This document shows positions 34,833 to 37,370 of a stretch of 37,370 nucleotides of DNA, one piece after another (within the stretch, counting starts at the first letter, position 1; every line of letters starts with the position of its first letter). Made by a program: the position numbers and the translations under genes. Below the pieces are notes generated by a model, which was not told the DNA's origin, did not search any database, and saw only the letters and a program-made list of their open reading frames with translations. The DNA comes from a virus. Its lineage: Duplodnaviria > Caudoviricetes. The stretch spans positions 1-37,370 of IMG/VR virus record IMGVR_UViG_3300048853_000106. One strand, 5' to 3'.

Positions 34833-36493
34833 CGAACACCACCACCCCATCCGCCAGCGATAGCGGGCTGAATCTCGACCACCTGGAAGCGCTGGCGCGC
34901 GCGGCAACGCCGGGACCGTGGCAACAGGGTCGCCTGCTTTCTACTCCACAGACAAGGAACTGGCCAAAAGAAGAAAGGGAGCGAGCCGACCGTGAGGAGC
35001 GAAGCCGCGTCTTCGCCAATTTCAGCTCCATTGATGATGGCCGCGCGCGCCAAAACATTACCAACTGCCGCGACGAGGCCGACGCGCAATTCATCGCCGC
35101 CGCCAACCCTGCCACCGTGCTGGGGCTGATCGCCCTCGCCCGCCGCGCTGCGCGAGTATCAGCGGCTATAGCCATTCAGCCATGGGAGGATCGGGCTTCC
35201 AGCTATGAGACCCCCGCCTTCAGCAAAATTGAGCGCATGGAAGCCGAGATTGCCGAGCTGCGCGCCGCCCTCGCCAACCAGCCAGCGCCGACAGCCGCAC
35301 CGGAGCAGGTTGCACAAGGGGCGGACGAGCGCGCGCTGTTTGAGGCGCACTGCAAGCGCAAGATGCTGCCGGTGGAGCCTTTTGGCGGGCCGTGCGGCCG
35401 TCACCTGTACGCAGACCAGCACACCCGCGATGCGTGGGATGCGTGGCAAGCAGCGCGCGCCCTGTCGCAGCCATCCGAGGCCGCGCCGCTGGATGCCTAC
35501 GAGATGACGCGCCTGCGCCGCTTGATGAAGGCGCTGGGACAAGAAGACGCCTTCGAGCGGGACGATGCGCACGTCCGAGGTTCCTTGTGCGTGGTGCTGG
35601 GCATTGCTGCTGGGCGTATCGAGGGCGCGCTGCCGGGGCCGGGCGCAGCACCAGCGGCGGGGGATGAGCTGCCGCCACTGCCAGCGCCGATGTCGGTAGA
35701 AATGCTGACCTACCCACATGGCTTCGAGGGGTACGCTGCTGGACAGATGCGTGACTATGCTCGCGCCGCCCTCGCGCATCAACCAGCGCAGGAGCAGGCC
35801 GATCTGCAATGTACTATTGGCGTCGGGAATGGCTCAGGTCGGTTGTTTGTTCATGGCGACCACGATTCGATCATGGCTGTCCGGCGCATAATCATCGAAA
35901 ACGAATCCCTCCGGGCCGCGCAGCAGGAGCCGGCGCAGGAACAGGCCGCGCCTCAGGTGCCGAAAAGCATCAAGCGCATACTTCAAGGCGCAGCAATGGC
36001 CATGGATATGATGCATGCACCTCAGGCGGCGCAGCACGAAGCCGGCGACGAGCGCGCAGCGTTCGAGAAGGCTCTCAAGCTCGACCAGTTCCAGAAGCGC
36101 CCCCATGCCGTAATTGAGGGTGACTATCAGGAAAGCAGCACCCAGTGCGCTTGGAACGGCTGGCAGGCCCGCGCTGCTCTCACCGCCTCTCCGGTTGTGC
36201 GTGCACAGAGTGAAGAGAGCGCGCTGACCGTCGCCTGGACGTATGACATGGATCCGCCGCAGGGCTTCGTCGACTACGTGAGCCGGAATTACACCGGCAA
36301 TGTCTTCTTCAGCGATCCGGCCTGGCACGCGCGCAGGCTGTGGAACGCGGCAATGCGTTCGTCGAAAGCGCCTGCTGACACGTTGCGCGCGCTGCGCCGA
36401 CTGTTGGACGGCACGCAGCCGCTCGACGTTCCAGGCGCGGTCATGGTGATCGACGCAGCTATCCGTGCCGCTCAGGAAGGAAAGAAGCCATGA
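34829..36493 (+). CDS. Ead/Ea22-like mosaic protein
   Basis: LEALARAATPGPW...DAQFIAAANPATVL.LI domain, two DERA.FE...AW..WQA.A modules, ELPPLP...QMRDYARAA module. Confidence 0.82.
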   Translation: MTNTTTPSASDSGLNLDHLEALARAATPGPWQQGRLLSTPQTRNWPKEERERADREERSRVFANFSSIDDGRARQNITNCRDEADAQFIAAANPATVLGLIALARRAARVSAAIAIQPWEDRASSYETPAFSKIERMEAEIAELRAALANQPAPTAAPEQVAQGADERALFEAHCKRKMLPVEPFGGPCGRHLYADQHTRDAWDAWQAARALSQPSEAAPLDAYEMTRLRRLMKALGQEDAFERDDAHVRGSLCVVLGIAAGRIEGALPGPGAAPAAGDELPPLPAPMSVEMLTYPHGFEGYAAGQMRDYARAALAHQPAQEQADLQCTIGVGNGSGRLFVHGDHDSIMAVRRIIIENESLRAAQQEPAQEQAAPQVPKSIKRILQGAAMAMDMMHAPQAAQHEAGDERAAFEKALKLDQFQKRPHAVIEGDYQESSTQCAWNGWQARAALTASPVVRAQSEESALTVAWTYDMDPPQGFVDYVSRNYTGNVFFSDPAWHARRLWNAAMRSSKAPADTLRALRRLLDGTQPLDVPGAVMVIDAAIRAAQEGKKP

Positions 36494-36708
36494 GACGCGC
36501 CAGCCGAGATTTGCAGATCGGTGACCGAGTGACCACCGATTACAACCGCACCTGGTCCGAGCATGTGATTGTCGAGCGCATGCAGCCCGCACGGACCGGT
36601 AGCGGCATTGCCTTCAAGGTGGAGCCGTTCGTAAAAGGCTCGACAGGTGACTGGATGGATGCCGATTGGTTCGAGCCGGTTGCCGCTCAGGAAGGAGGTG
36701 CAGCGTGA
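36490..36708 (+). CDS. Small SH3/KOW-like beta protein
   Basis: LQIGDRV...WMDADWFEP pattern. Confidence 0.7.
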   Translation: MRRASRDLQIGDRVTTDYNRTWSEHVIVERMQPARTGSGIAFKVEPFVKGSTGDWMDADWFEPVAAQEGGAA

Positions 36709-36950
36709 AGCCGATCGACATCGCTCTGATATGCGCCGTCACACTGCAATGCGCTGCTGGCGCGGTTGGCATCATCTACAACGTGCGGCCGCAGTGGATC
36801 GCTCGCATGGCAACCGACGCGTTCCTGATCCGCCACAGCCTGTGGGACGAATGCGACGGCGAGCCGATGAACGTGTGGGCTGAAGAATTCGTGCGCCGTG
36901 ACGAACTGTCGGCTACCCGTGCCGCTCAGGAAGGAGAGAGCAATGCCTAA
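36705..36950 (+). CDS. Small protein with N-terminal hydrophobic segment (81 aa)
   Basis: GTG start overlapping the upstream stop, AAGGAGG RBS. Confidence 0.65.
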   Translation: MKPIDIALICAVTLQCAAGAVGIIYNVRPQWIARMATDAFLIRHSLWDECDGEPMNVWAEEFVRRDELSATRAAQEGESNA

Positions 36951-37167
36951 GATGACCACTACCGAACTGCATCACGAAATCTGCGATGCACTGGAAGACT
37001 TGTCGCGCCTGTTTGTTCCCGGCATGAAGCTGACGTTCATCGCACGATTCCCAGGCAACGACGAGGCTGATGTCCTGGTGTCCGACGACCAGATCCCCGA
37101 GATCATTGCACTGGCACGGCGAAGGGCTGATGCAGAATCGGCCGCCGCTCAAGGAGAGAAGGGGTAG
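36943..37167 (+). CDS. Hypothetical protein (74 aa)
   Basis: ATG 36943 after AAGGAG; LF.PG.KLTFIARFPGN.EADVLVSDD. Confidence 0.75.
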   Translation: MPKMTTTELHHEICDALEDLSRLFVPGMKLTFIARFPGNDEADVLVSDDQIPEIIALARRRADAESAAAQGEKG

Positions 37168-37169
37168 CG

Positions 37170-37370
37170 ATGGGAATGTTTCTGACTGCGGACGATCTGG
37201 TCGAGCTGACCGGGCGCCGGATAAAATCGAAGCAGATCGAAGCGCTGCGCCGGATGGGCCTGCCGTTCCATGTGAATGCAGTCGGCAAACCCGTCGTGCC
37301 AGCAGCCGCGATCGAGGGACGAAAACCGCCACCGGCGCCCGCGCCAGTATGGCAACCACCGAAACGATAA
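37170..37370 (+). CDS. DUF4224 excisionase-like protein
   Basis: MFLT.DDLVELTGR...KQIEALRRMG.PF.VN..G.P.V; last gene of the PL operon, where xis normally precedes int. Confidence 0.85.
   Translation: MGMFLTADDLVELTGRRIKSKQIEALRRMGLPFHVNAVGKPVVPAAAIEGRKPPPAPAPVWQPPKR

Larger units (their letters stand above)
36463..37158 (+). repeat. Dispersed gene-junction repeat (CCG)TGCCGCTCAGGAAGGA, three copies plus one degenerate
   Basis: Copies at 36463-36481, 36681-36696 and 36917-36935; degenerate GCCGCTCAAGGAGAG at 37144-37158. Confidence 0.9.
1..37370. mobile_element. Temperate phage/prophage, P22-like podovirus morphogenesis with lambdoid early region (ends not visible)
   Basis: Continuous phage gene order: lysis, ejection, tail, capsid, portal, terminase, Q, nin, replication, cro/cI, recombination, xis-like. 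No host genes recognised. Confidence 0.96.

Noticed and set aside
36463-37158. CRISPR array or attC-type integron
   Set aside because: Spacers are over 200 nt and coding, the repeats are non-palindromic, and no cas or integron integrase is present.
37170-37370. Integrase, att site or tRNA
   Set aside because: Not visible; the window ends at the stop of the xis-like gene, so integration state cannot be determined.

Overview
The whole window is most of a GC-rich temperate (pro)phage with a podovirus-type (P22-like) virion module and a lambdoid early region. The host is probably a betaproteobacterium (inference only). The minus strand (28164 to 1) carries cro, an RHH protein in the cII position, a replication initiator, a DnaC-like loader, a C5 DNA methyltransferase, NinG and a Q-like antiterminator. 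It continues through a pR'-like late promoter, the anti-CBASS gene acb2, a structured non-coding segment, terminase, portal, scaffold, major capsid, an 804-aa lectin/SGNH-esterase/FN3 protein, adaptor, tail, a split tail-fibre module, three ejection proteins, holin, GH73 endolysin and a truncated lipoprotein. The plus strand (28238 to 37370) carries the CI repressor, immunity-region accessory genes, pL, RecT, a YqaJ exonuclease, mosaic Ea22-like genes joined by a repeated junction sequence, and a DUF4224 excisionase-like gene. No integrase or att site is visible. The most notable items are: the acb2 plus structured RNA cassette heading the late operon; the repeated GCCGCTCAGGAAGGA gene-junction element; an OOP-like antisense RNA; a sieA-positioned antisense small membrane gene; the esterase in the head module; and a readable operator/promoter switch. 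All family assignments come from motif recognition by eye, not database searches.
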